In this document: positions 24,641 to 37,289 of the stretch, in pieces
Position numbering within the stretch: the first letter of the stretch is position 1
How the letters are laid out: each line of letters begins with the position of its first letter
Origin: Camelus ferus
Taxonomy: Eukaryota
Length of the DNA stretch: 64,000 nt
Direction of reading: 5' to 3'
NCBI RefSeq assembly: GCF_009834535.1
Contig: NC_045698.1
Location: 4,094,001-4,158,000, forward strand
Translations under genes and position numbers: made by a program
The notes under the pieces: model-generated
Seen by the model: the letters and a program-made list of their open reading frames with translations, nothing else
Database searches by the model: none
Told to the model about the DNA's origin: nothing

Positions 24641-24682
<42 letters not shown>

Positions 24683-25128
24683 GAATACTACCCAGTCATA
24701 AAAAATGAAATAATGCCATTTTCAGCAACATGGATGGACCTAGAGATTATCATTCCAAGTGAAGTAAGCCAGAAAGACACGTACCATATGCTATTGCTTA
24801 TATGTGGAATCTAAAAAAAGAAATGACACAAATGAACTTATTTACAAAAGAAAAACAGACTCAAACATAGAAAACAAACTTATGGTTATCAGTGGGGAAG
24901 TGAGGTGGGAGGGATAAATTGGGAGTTTGGGATTTGCAGATACTCACTACTATATACAAAATAGATAAATGACAGGTTCTTACTGTAGAGCACAGGGAAC
25001 TATATTCAATATCTGGTAGTAACCTATAGTGGAAAAGAATATGTATGTATAACTGAATCACTATGTGGCGCACAAGAGACTAACACAACATTGTAAACTG
25101 ACTATACTTCAATGAAAAATAAAAACTT
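24436..25128 (+). mobile_element. Young 5'-truncated L1 (cetartiodactyl-type 3' end)
   Basis: Runs ccagtaatcccactcctgggcat...gcaacatggatggacctagagattatcat...gggagggataaattgggagtttgggatttgcagatact...acaacattgtaaactgactatacttcaat into an A-rich tail. Confidence 0.93.
24590..24682. repeat. (GATA)n tetranucleotide STR with internal GACA interruption, inside L1
   Basis: Read directly from the sequence. Confidence 0.97.
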
Positions 25129-27407
25129 AAATTCAATGCACCGTCCATAGGTCATGCGGGCCACCCCCTCCTGCTGTGGCTCGAGGTCCTGCTGCTCTGG
25201 GCCCCACGACCCTGGTGCTCCCAGAGCCTCCTATTCTTCAAAGTCAGCTGGTGTGCTTGTTGGAAATTCCGTCCTCCACTTCTCTATCTTTCAGCCCCTC
25301 TTTACCCTGCAGTGTCTCAGTCAACTACCCCCCACCCCCGGGGAGCTCTCCCTGGGTGTCCCCCGCAGAGTGGTCACTTCTGTGCCCACTCTTATGTGTA
25401 CCGTTCGTCATCTGGAATTGCAGTGATGTGGGCTCCTCGCAGCAGAGAGCATGTCCCATTAGCCTCGGCTTCCCGGCTGCCTCAGGAGACAGGGAGTGGT
25501 CAGTGACCACAGGCAGGAGCAGGCGCACCGGGAGCGCTGCGGGGCAGACTCGGGGGGCACTGGCCTCGCAGTGCTCCCGTGGGAGGCGGCGTCAGCTGGG
25601 GTGCTCGTGGGCTCCCCTAGAGCCTGCCCTCACCTTCCAGGCAGCCCTCAGGAAGTGCCTCCTCTTGCCTCCTCCCATTTCATTCACAGCGACAGCGGGG
25701 CCCAGAGGGCTGCCTTCTTGGTAGCCACAGTGTTTGTCCTCCTTTCACAACAGTCGCCTGAGGAAGGGGATGAAACCGGGCTCACGGCAACTGGCAGGGC
25801 TGCCACGTCAGGCTGGGGGACGAGGGAGCGGGAAGAGACCCCAGGCTGGCTGATTCTGCCAGGTTGCCCCCACCAGGGGGAGAAAGAGAGCTCTGGGGAA
25901 GACCCCCGGATGGGGGCAGCCTGCGGTATGATGATTATGAACACAACACGCCAACAGCAGTTTGCTGCTGATTCCAGCCCAGGACTTGCCAAGCTTGCTG
26001 TACGTCCTGGGGTGTCCATCAAACCCAAATCAAAGAAAACAGCAGATCGCGTTTCAATAAGTTAAATGAGATTAAAACCAAAAACCCCGCAGAATGATGT
26101 AGTGATTTATAATTTGAGGATACAAAAGAAGAAGGAGAGGGGGCAGGTTCTTAATGGAGCTCCGGATGCCCATTAAATGTAGGAAAAAGCCATTTCCATA
26201 AATTATGGAAATGCACACTGGCCTCAAGTGCCTCCCATTTTCATATTGTTTTGCTGCCTTAATGGCAGAGGCTATTTTTGTAACATCTGCTTTTGGCGAC
26301 CCTCCCTTTCTGCCGGGCTTCATTAGAAATGCAGTGGCTCTCCCCAGCGCGGGCGGCGTTGTCAGGAACTAGGCTGTGTGTCACTGCGTTGATGTGCAGG
26401 CCATTATGTCTGAGTTGAAATGGTTTATCCACAGCGCATGTTATGATGTGACCTCGAAACAATATCTGGATGGTGTGACAGTGAATGCGGTGCGTCGTAT
26501 GGGTGGACATGTCTCCGTGAAAGGCCAGAGGAGGGGCTGGGCGAGGATTCCCAGGGGCTGTGATGCGATGGCACACGGGGGGGACGGTACGTTTGCCATC
26601 TGCAAGCAGTGTGAATGCAAAGGGTCTGACAGAACGAAATTTTAAGGAAAATCTGAGTTTATGAACCAAAGCAAAGATACTGTATTTCTTCAAGCTACAG
26701 CACACCCAGAAATTAACCCCCAGCCGCCAAATGCTGAAATGCCAAGATAACCATGGTGGACGTTTAATGACGAGCTGCAACGCATGGCAGGCTTCCGGCG
26801 GTGGAGCTGTGGGGAGCGTGCATCCTTAGGGGCTGCCGTTCTTTACAGCAGCAGGTGCTGAGCTGCACCCTGGCTCCGGGGGTCTTAGGTGAGCAAGACA
26901 AGGAGGAGGAGGAGAAAGGACAGTGGGAGAACAGAAGCGGGAGGGAGCTGGGGAGCAGGTAGGAAGCGCTGGGCCCAGCCCCTCCACTCTCTCTAACAGG
27001 ACGCACAGGGTCCCAGGTCCCCAGCACTCACGGGAACACTGACCCCTCAGCCTCAGAAAGGACCCGAGACACATGGCAGGAGATGACTCCTTTGAGTCCC
27101 AGGGAGGTGTGCTTGCCTGTACGCTACAAGCGGTAGCTCATTCTGAGTTCTAGATTTTTGTAGGTCTTTGTATCTTTATCTTTCCAAGTGTGTCATGTAC
27201 CTGTTTGAACAACATGAGAAAAAAAAATTGAGAATGGTAACATTTTTGTTTTCTGAAGAAGTGAGACCATTAACGTTGCCAACTCTCTAGGCTGCCGACT
27301 GTAAAACACCTAAGACGGAGTCAGAATAAACACTCTTTTTGTTTCATTTCCTGATTTCTCTGCTGCACTTCTCATTCTCTGCTCCTCCATTTTCAAAGTC
27401 ATCCTCT

Positions 27408-27438
27408 CACATGCGCGCACGCATACACACACACACAC
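27408..27438. repeat. Alternating (CA/CG) tract
   Basis: cacatgcgcgcacgcatacacacacacacac read directly. Confidence 0.8.
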
Positions 27439-30400
27439 TCCCCCTTGTCTCCTCTTGTCCAGCCTGACACGTCCTGGTGCCTCCACGTCGCCAGGCTCGT
27501 CTGGGTGCCCAGAGATGACTGGGGCTCATTTCTGTTTGAGCTCCTGAAGAAAGAGAGAACGGAGACTCACTTTCCCAGCTTGGATTCTGGCCCCACCGTC
27601 CTGCCCATCTTGTCCTAAACTCCGAGGCTTGGTTTCTTCTTGGAGAGCCCTGAGCGCAGCCCCGGGTGGCTCTGCATGGTGGCGGCGGCAGCCTCCAGCC
27701 CGGAGCGAAACAGATCTGAGGATGAATCTCCCCGCGGCTTCTCACTTAGCTCACAGCTTGATGCCAACGTGCTGCTGAGTGAAGCGTTTCCGATTCCCTT
27801 TCCAGTCCAGCCAGGAAGGCCCCTCAGGGCAGCAGCGCAGGGCGCGACAGGAGTGTCTCGAGTCCCTGATGCAAGGGGTGACCTGGGGAAGTGAGCTGAC
27901 CCCTCCAGATCCTCCCTCATTAAGGAAGAAGAACGACAATGTGTACCTCTGCTCCTGAGCAGCTAAAAGCACTGGCAGGTCAGCCTCCTGGACTGGGAGG
28001 CCAACTGCAACTGCAGCGCAGCAGCCAGACTGCTCGGTTATGTTATAACCACCTGGTGTCACAGAACCATTTTGAAGAGAGTTTTAAATGAAGAAAGTGA
28101 AGTGCCAGACATCAGGGAGACTGTGCTCCCCTGGAGAAGCCCTTCCTGCTCATGTTTCATCCTTCTGAGGTCTGCACATCCCCTGGGGAACAGACAGATC
28201 TTAGCATCTCATCGCTAAGAACATGTCTGTGTGCTTCCTCTGGCTCAGGGGAGGTTGAAGCAAAGCCACGTCCACAGCAGCTCAGAGCCGTGGAAAGGCA
28301 GCACCATGCTCTCCACACAGGTCCCAGAGTTTTCCTGGCTCTGTAGGTGGGAGGTGACCTGTTCAAAGCTGGCATCCAGAACAGCTTTCTTCTCTGCAGC
28401 AAAGATGCCCGTGAGGCTGCCCTGGGGTGTGTGTGGGTTCCCACAGACACACAGTGATTGGAGGTCTGCCGGGGCAGCAGCTGCTACTCTGAGCATCATT
28501 CTGCTGCTCCTACAAAGCCCTTTTGGACACAGAGCCATCCCTCCACGGGGAGCTCCCAGAAGTCAGGCCTGGAGTCCCAGGTTCGTCTCCTCTGTCTTAC
28601 TGTGAGGGCAGGGGAGGTCGCCCTGGCCCAGAAGCCCCAGCAACTCTGCTCCAGAGAAGACCTGACCTACTCCAGGTCACCCACGTTCCCTGGCCCCATC
28701 AGGCTGCCCTGGCAAATGTGTGGCCTGCAGAAGCCCTGCCTTAGCACCAGGATCTGGGAACATCAAAGCGAACCCTGGTGCAGACAGAAGAAATGGCCCT
28801 GGGCCACTGGGTACCTCTCAAGACTACTGCTCTCAACATCCCACCTTTGGACACATTCAGCACACTCAGGTCACGACGATCCCCCGTGAGTGTTTGCTCC
28901 CCAGGCTGGTGCTCCCTGCAGCCTGGGGTCATGTCAGTGCAGGCCCCACGCAGGACATCCCCCAGGACAGCGAGGTGCACGTAGAGATGCTGCAAAATGG
29001 CTGGCAGACATTCACAGCCACTTCTCGTCAGTGTGAGCTGTGTTTCCGTGCACGTGGGTCACAGAAATAACCGGAAATAAAGACTGGAAACCCTTGGGGG
29101 GTTTCTCGGACAGGCTGCAGGTGGTTCCCTGGGAGCCCGGCAGGCACAGGCGCTTCTTTCCTTCTTTTTCTGTACCTCTGCTTCCTCCTTCTCATGAAAG
29201 GCCCATGTTTACACCTGGATGTCGTACACGCCTCTCCCATTGCTCTCGCTCACTTCTGTGCCTTTTCGTCCATTGCACCTGGGCCTTGGCAGGTGAACTT
29301 CAGAACGATGGGGGGTTTTGTCTGCAGTCACACCCTGCCATGGCAGAGGCCACATTGGGGGGACATATCCCCTTGCCCTTCACTCATCTGAGGACCATGA
29401 TTGTTCATACATTTGAAGACAGAATTGCAAATGGTTCTATTTATATTCGCATACACACAGAGGCAGAACAACTTTTACCACAATAATAAAAAGAAATAAT
29501 AGAGACTCTGTCAACAAGAGTTCTTTCAGTTTTATAAACAGTTGATGAAGAAAAGTACACAGCTCTCCATGCGCTCTTGGTCCGCTGTTTCCAGACTATT
29601 CATAACAGCCACATCTTCTGCACTTTTCTCAAGAGTCTTAGAAAATACGTAAACTCAGTTTTCAAGAGTTTATTTCTTCCACTCAGACCTTTGCTGCGTC
29701 AACGCCCGGCTGCTCAGGCTTGTCTGGGCCACATTCAGCCTTGCTTTTTCGTTCTTAGTAAATGATCATTTGGACAAACCAAGGCTGTACCTCTGGAAAA
29801 GCCCGATTAGAGAGAATATTTTTTGATCCCTGTTTAAATCCAGAAGAGCTCCTGGCTGGGAGGTGGACAGTGCTTTGGGATGGAGACAACTGGGAAACGT
29901 GTTGGTCAAAAGCGGAATCCACATGAGAAGTGACTGTGGGTGTGACTCCACACACTGAGTCGGGGAAAACCAGGAAGAGGTAAATGACCCGCAGTCGTGG
30001 GGAGAAGTGTTTATGGTGGTGGCGGGGCTCTGCGTCACCGCCAGCTCCCAACACGTCACGTCACGTCACCGTCACCGTTACCAGCTGCAGTCTCTCCTTC
30101 TCTCTTCAAGCACTTCCTGCTCCCCTGAAAAGGCAGCGGGCAGCCTTTCTAATCCCTCACATGCTACTTTATTCTTTGGCTCCTTTTAAATATTTTCAGG
30201 GGAAGTCTTTCTGGAGCTGTAGAAAGATGAGAGGGAGGAAGCTGGTGACAAAGTGCCTTCTCTCGTGGTGGGAAGGGCAGGCTTGATGGGGTTCAGACTG
30301 GACTCCCAAGGCCACACCCTGAGGAGGTTTACCTTCTGCAAACGTCCCTCGCAGTGTCCGGTCTGGGTAGGAGAACCAGGGATCCAGCACGGCGCGGCGG

Positions 30401-32755
30401 CTCCCCTCAGCATCACCTGGTCTTGGCTGCTTCCAGCCAGCGAGGCAGCGACCAAGGCTGTGTGGTTTGCTGCCAGTCTGCCCCAGGGGCAGCCTGGAGG
30501 CCCCTTTCTTCAGCCTGTTCCCACTCCCCCCATGCACAGCCCCTGACCCCTGCCTGCCCCGGCACTTTCCCTGGAGGCACTGCGGCCCCTGCCAAGTACC
30601 ACCTGAAGTTCCCAGTGGGAAGACTGTGTGAGGTGGGCAGCTGAACGCCCTCCTCTGGGGCAGAGTCTTGGAGATTCATGACTGACAGAAGCCCTGGACA
30701 TGGAGTAGCAGCGTCCACGCAGCCCTGCCTCGCGCCCCGTAGCCCTCCCTCCAGTCCCTTGTTAGTGGCACTGCTTTAAGCCCCTGGCTGTGCCTCCCGG
30801 GCGTGAGCTGGAAGCATCAAAGTGGGCAGCGGTGTCAGCACTACCTGCGTACTTGGCAGAGTCTTACCTCCAAGAGATTCATAGCAAGATTGTTTTATCA
30901 CAAACCTCTTCCTAGTCACTAAAAAGTCTTGCACTTAACTTTCTATCATGGTGACAAGCGCTGATAGCATGAGGCTCATAAACAGTCACTTTTTACATAA
31001 ATCACGTAGCAAGGAGTGTCTGACGGCTCAGACCCTGAAGCGTCCAGACAGGAAACAGACAGTGCAGAGCAGAGCACAGCCGTGTCTCCCCTAGATTTGG
31101 GTGTCACAGATTTAGGTGAAGGTGGCTCAGAATTGCGTATTAATTTTAAAGACATGCACTTCCCTCTGGATTCTCATTGTGCTCATGGCCAGTTAAGCCC
31201 TTTGCTCATTTTCCTCTTTTCCATGTGATCATCAAGACAGCTTTTCCCAAACTGTCCTTGTGGAGTTTGTCTGTTTACGCCTGTTAAATTGCAGAAACCA
31301 GTTACCCTGGATTGTCTGCTGTTGCACAAACGAGCCCTTCTTATGTGGCCAAGTATCTGAAAGAAAGAAAAGAGAACTAAAATATTCTTCCTTCACTGCA
31401 CACCTTTGCCCTACAGTGTTTATCACAGGCTTGGTGCTCCTCAAATGTGTAAGAAAAAAAAGTTTTGACTAAACCATTTTAAAATTCTGCATTAGGCTAA
31501 CAAACACTGTCAAAACATTAAGATCTTCTCTGAGCTGAAAATGTCAAGCTACATTTATCTCTTTCTCTCTTATGAGTTCTTCAAGTTCATTTAGCCGCCA
31601 GCATTTAACATCATTTTGGTGCTTGTCTTTGGATTACTTGAAAATAATGCAATCCAAATAAACTCAGCTTACATGTTGCAATAATTCGAAGGAGATGATG
31701 TGTTTTACCAGACATCATTCTGACCTAATGTGATGTCTGCGTGTACACAGTGTGGTTGCTCCTGGGGTGCACACATGCTCTCAGCAGCTCCCCTGCGTGT
31801 TGATTACCCAGGGGAGTTCCGATCGCACGTGGCCACACAGGTGGCTACGTGCAGAGATTGCCCGATTGAATAACCTCCACAGACACAACTCCAAGATCAG
31901 CTGATCACAAGTCCCATCAGACCCCCTCAGGAAAGCCCGAGAATTCCAGAGGGGAGGATCCATCCACGCACAGCAAGAACCCAAATACACCCCTCAGCTG
32001 CTGTAAGAAAAGGCACGTGACTGTCCATGTTTATTCCAGCGCTGCCAGCTTAGCGCTCCTAAAAGCTGAGGACCCTCCTTTGCAATTTTACGCCATCAAG
32101 TTGGAAGTAGAATGAATAGCCAATCACTGAGATCAGGACATGTGTCGAATCTCACCAACTTGAGACCAGGGGTAAGATAATTGATGTCTTCTGCCAATTG
32201 CGTAAATGAATTTTATCCAATTTTGCAAATAAAATAACAGATTTATTCCAGAAAAATACCAGATTCACCCAGTATTATCAGGAAATGAAAAATTTCATTC
32301 TTCAGTTAACTGAAGTGCATCTCTTCTTAAACAAATATTTCTTTTCATGTTTTTTGAATATTTATCTCCAAAAATGCAATATGCATTTTCCTGTGTCTTA
32401 GACAGAAGCTGTTGAACTGGCTTTTATGTTCGAAGTCATTCGGAGCCATGACTGCTGTCTGGCCCCCCCAGCCTCTCATCCTCTGTCAGGTTGTCTGTTA
32501 TCCCTTCCCCGCCTTTCAACACGCCGCCCTCTAGTAGCCGCCCAGTTACCACTGGCTCGGTGCTTCCGGCCGGCTTTGAGCCAAGGTTCCAGACCTCGCT
32601 GCAGGTTAAGCATGGCTTACTAAGCAGGATTTGACTAGAACCTGGGTGAGCGCTCGGGCTTCTGGGGAGCTGTTTCAGAGAGACCAGAGGTCTCTTTGAT
32701 TATTTTCTGAGTAAGGAGGCTGGGAGGACCTCCAATTGACAGGGTTACTCTAAAC

Positions 32756-32922
32756 TACTGGCCATCAACCTTGACTATACATCTGAGAAGTTTTAAGAAA
32801 TACTGGTGCCTGGTTCCCCCTTGTGTGATCATAATTTAATTGGTTCAAGATGCAAGCTGAGCATCAGGGCTTTTTAAAGCCTACAGAAAATACAACATGC
32901 AGTCAACTTTGAGAACCTTGGT
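32756..32922. mobile_element. MER5-like hAT MITE
   Basis: Contains tcaaccttgactatacat, aaatactggtgcctggttcccc, aatttaattggt and atgcagtcaactttgagaacc. Confidence 0.7.
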
Positions 32923-32991
32923 GCTGAAACATGTTGAAAAGCTTTTGCCGATAAGGGTCACTTTGGTCTGGGGTAGCGGTTCTTCTTCACG

Positions 32992-33439
32992 CGTCTTACA
33001 AATTGAACCATGTTCTCCCCACCAAAATTCATATGTACAAATCCTAACCCCCTAATGGCTCAGAAGGTGACCTTATGTGGAAACAGAGCTGTTGTGGAGG
33101 TAGTTAATAACTATTAGATTTTATAAAAAGGAGAAATTTGGTGATTTTATAAGAAGGAGAAATTTGGACACAGAGACTTCCATGGAGAATGCAACCTGGA
33201 GATGAAAGCAGAGATCAGGGTGATGCTTCCAGAAGATAAGAAAGGCCAAGGATGGCCAGCAGACCCTAGAGCCCAGGTGAGGGGCTTGGAGCAGATTTTC
33301 CCTCACAGCCTCAGGAGAAGTCAGCCCTGCCGACACCTTGATCTTGGACTTCTAGTCTCCAGAACTGAGATGATAAATGTGTGCTGTTTAGGCAACTCAG
33401 TTGTAGGACTTTGTTATGGTAGCCCTAAAAACTAATGCA
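32992..33439 (+). mobile_element. MaLR solo LTR (MLT1B/C-like)
   Basis: Contains ccaaaattcatatgtacaaatcctaacccc, gcagagatcagggtgatgc, gacaccttgatcttggacttctagtctccagaactgagatgataaat and ttgttatggtagccctaaaaactaatgca. Confidence 0.9.
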
Positions 33440-34575
33440 GTAGGCAAGGCTTCAAACCCTCAGAATTTACATCTTAAATGTGCATGAGACACACTTCTTT
33501 ACAGAGCATCTGCTATAGACAAGACCGAATGGAGGCATTGAGAGAAGATGCTGCAGGTTCAGGAATAAGAGGGGAAACTTACCTGGAAGTGTTCTGGAAA
33601 TTATTCTGAAACTTACCTGGAAATGTTTGTCTCACAGAATCAAGTCTGGGTGCTTTGCCAACAGGCTATGCACAATGAGGGTGAGGGCTCCAAACACAAG
33701 ATCACAGCAACCCTCCTTCCTTCGATGTGCACGTGCGAATAGCACGGAGAACTCTGTATTTAACAAATTCACAGTCACAAATGCAAAACGTACAAAAATT
33801 TGCACTGCAAATATTCTCATTGCAGATGCTGCATTTGCAAGAGTTTCTGTTACTTTATAAACTATAATCCCACAAAGATGTTATGAGATCAAATAGTATC
33901 GAATTTATTTCATTTTAGGATCAAAACTCAAAACAGTATTTTAGACTACTTATCTCTGAGAGAGAGATAATTGGTGTCATTCCTGGTGTAACCACTGGTC
34001 TTTAGTAAAATGTGATTTGTGAGGATGCTTATACTTGTTCATGCTTTGTGGAAATGTGTATATAGATGCAATTTCCAGTTGTCTTTGAATAAAACAGGAA
34101 CTGCTTTGGGGAAATTAAAATAAAATATTTTTCCCAAGGGAGAAAGAGAAAAACCAACATTTTATAAGCAGCAATACTTTCATTATTTTCTCTGGGTGTT
34201 TTATTATATTACTGATAACAAAAGATGTTGCTGAAATCCAAATAATGTTATTTTGTAGTACTTGCTGCTACACTTTTCCAAACATTTAATTTGAATGAAA
34301 GGAAATGCTAGAATTGCTAAGAGAGGTGAGATCAGGAACCTTGCAATGTGCTAATTCCTGGACTGGTGGCTCAGCTCTCCTACATCCCAGGGACATGAGC
34401 CTCCTCATTGGAAGAGAGAATGTCGCCTGTCCAGGGTGCAAGGGAATAAGTCAGAATTGTGAAGGAGACAATACTACACAGTCTGTGATGAAATAAAGTA
34501 AATTATAGACACCATGATGATCAGGATTTGGGTACTCCTTGACCTTTACCTAAGTAATTTGATGTAAGGTAAAAT

Positions 34576-35138
34576 TTTCATAGCAGCACTGTATATAATA
34601 ACCAACCTAAATGTCCATGGACAGATGATTGGATAAAGAAGCTGTGGTATATTTATACAATGGAATACTACTCAGCCATAAAAAAGAATGAAATAATTCC
34701 ATTTGCAGCAACATGGATGGACCTGGAGATCATCATTCTAAGTGAACTAAGCCAGAAATAGAAATAAAAATACCATATGATATCACTCATATGTGGCATC
34801 AAAAAAAAAAAAAAAAGAAGTCACAAATGAGCTTATCTACAAAACAGAAACAGACTCACAGACATAAGAAAACAATCATGGTTACCAGGGGGAAAGGGGG
34901 TGGGAAGGGATAAATTGGGAGTTCAAGATTTGCAAATATTAACTTGTATACGTAAAATAGATAAACAGTAAGTTTATACTGTAGAGCACAGGGAACAATA
35001 TTCAACATCTTGTAGTAACCTATAATGAGAAAGAATATGAAAACAAATATATATGTGTATATGTATGACTGAAGCATTATGCTGTACACCAGAAATAATT
35101 GATGCATTGTAAACTGACTATACTTCAATAAAAAATTA
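34576..35138 (+). mobile_element. Young 5'-truncated L1 (cetartiodactyl-type 3' end)
   Basis: Aligns by eye with 24436-25128 (gcagcaacatggatggacctggagatcatcattctaagtgaa, gggaagggataaattgggagttcaagatttgc, ttgtaaactgactatacttcaataaaaaa). Confidence 0.93.
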
Positions 35139-35453
35139 ATAATACTGAATTTCTTTAGAAGTATCTTTTTAATTTACTATTTCTACTTCCATAGTCTTAT
35201 ATATCAACCTTTGTTAATATTTTTCATATTTCAAAATTGATATTTCCTATCCTGTCCCCCAATAATAAATGTATTTCCTTCTTGATAAGTGAGAATTTGG
35301 GGTTTGACATGTGAAGGACTGACTGCCTTAATATAGAACTTGGAAACTAAAAGAAGAAAACCATAAGGAATACTCTGGAACTCCAATAGAGATATCTGAA
35401 CTCTGATAGGTAGATAAGGGGTATTTCAGAGGAAGGAAAAAGGGTTATCAGAC

Positions 35454-35708
35454 TTTCTCTTTTTTTTCTTCCTTTTTCAGTTTTATTTGGTAGAATTATT
35501 ACAGTTCAACTGCACATACACATTACACTGCATGTAAATAGATATACACAGTATACTGCTCTGTTTTTTAGTTTACGTATATGTACTGATCATTGCTTCT
35601 AAGAACATATTAGAGATTTAGCTTTTTAAATTTACACAGTTATCAAAGGAATAAAGCCAACTACAAAATAAGAATCAACAGAATGCAGTAATCCAATCAT
35701 AAAGGACA
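35454..35708 (-). pseudogene. Probable 5'-truncated retrocopy of an mRNA 3'UTR end (parent gene not identified)
   Basis: The minus strand reads ...gaactgtaataattctaccaAATAAAactgaaaaaggaag followed by an A-rich tail. The sequence is AU-rich and UTR-like and matches no repeat I recognise. No clear TSD. Confidence 0.55.
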
Positions 35709-36054
35709 TGTCCAGGCCAAGCCGTGCTGCTCTTCCCTGCGGACACAGGAGTGGCTCAGGTGCAGGTGTGCTGGGGGACAGTGGAAGTTCTCTCTCCAAG
35801 GCTGGCTAGTTTGAGAAAATCTCAGAATATTTCTGGGAATATTGAGACAAGCCCATTTATTTTATGCACATTTGAAACGAAGGACAGGTATTTCCAAATC
35901 TGTTGCAGTTATCTCAGGAATACGGACCTTACTGAGAAAGTGATAATAGAAACAAAGAAAGAAACTGAGTCCTTTGCCGTCCGTGGAGCCCTGGCTGAGG
36001 TTGCTAATGGCGCCACTTGTCTCCTGGGCTGCTCACCTGCTCAGCTATTTAAGC

Positions 36055-36382
36055 CAGGGCCAGGAAAGCCTTTTCTACAAAGCTCCAGGGAATAAATACT
36101 TTGTGTGTCACATGGTATGCGTCACAGCTACTCAGTTCTTCTGCTGTGCTGGGAAAGCAGGCATAGAAAACATATAAAGGGATGCACTTCTCTGGGTCTC
36201 AATAAAACTTTATTGATGAACACCAAAATTGGAATTTCAAATAATTTTCATGAATCACAAAATATTCTCCTTTTGATTTTTTTCAACAACCTGAAAAATG
36301 TAAAACCCAGCCTTAGTTCCTGAGCTCACAAGACAAACCATAGGCCAGATTCATCCTGAAGACCATAGTTTGCTGACCCTTG
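36055..36382. mobile_element. MER58-like (MER58B) hAT MITE
   Basis: Runs cagggccaggaaagccttttct...cagctactcagttc...aataaaactttatt...ccatagtttgctgacccttg over about 330 bp. Confidence 0.85.
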
Positions 36383-37289
36383 ATTTAAACCAATAAATTT
36401 ATGTTTTTCCAATTTGAGGGGAAATCGTGTTTTCTATTATTTACAACCTAAAAGTTCTTCATAAATAATAAAGACTGCATGGAAAAAGGAACATATAAAT
36501 AGAGTCTTTAAAGGCTAGAGAATTGGATACAAAAAGTATGGGTGAAAAGAAATAACTTGAGAAAAAACTGGAAATAAGAAAATGTTTGGGTCAGAGGAGT
36601 ATGCATTCTGGGCATATAAATGCATGTATCCACTAAGACACACTAGAAGCATATAACCATATAATTTGGGAAATCTTTAAGTCCTGGAAATTCATAGTGT
36701 GCATCAATACAGTAAATACTCTGAGAAATCCTGGACTAAAGGAATAGCTTATTGACCTTTGCTTAACCCAGCATTTCTCAAGTGTCTTTGCTCATGAAAC
36801 AACCATTTTGTGGTCTGACTGTTGCATTACTTAGAACAACACTCTGAGAAGCCAACTTGAGTAACGTGCAGATATGTGATATGTTTCAGCAGGTCACACA
36901 CGGCCATTGATGTTTCTCATTTAAATGGGAGAAATGACTGACCTAAAGCATCAGCAGAACAGAAACTGTGGGCACCCTGGCCAGACAGGAGGTAACTACA
37001 AAACTTCAGACAGAGGGCAATGAAAGTCTGAACTAAAAACATCTCATTTGAGCCAGAAAGGAACATATCAAGATCAGATTTGAAGGACAAGGGGAGAGAG
37101 TGATCCAGGCAATGAGACGCTCAGCCTGGAGGACTGAGAATGGGAAGAGGAGCATATTTCAGGAGATTATTTTAGATTCAGCTGTACTGACTCAGAGGCA
37201 ATTTACCAGGCATTCTGACGTTCCCGACTGGCTTTTGGAGGAAAACCATGAGGAATTCAACTATTAACAACCACAGATTCAACTATTAT

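Noticed and set aside
33577..33620. U1 snRNA gene or pseudogene (ACTTACCTGG)
   Set aside because: Only the ~10-nt 5' motif matches, and the following sequence is not U1.
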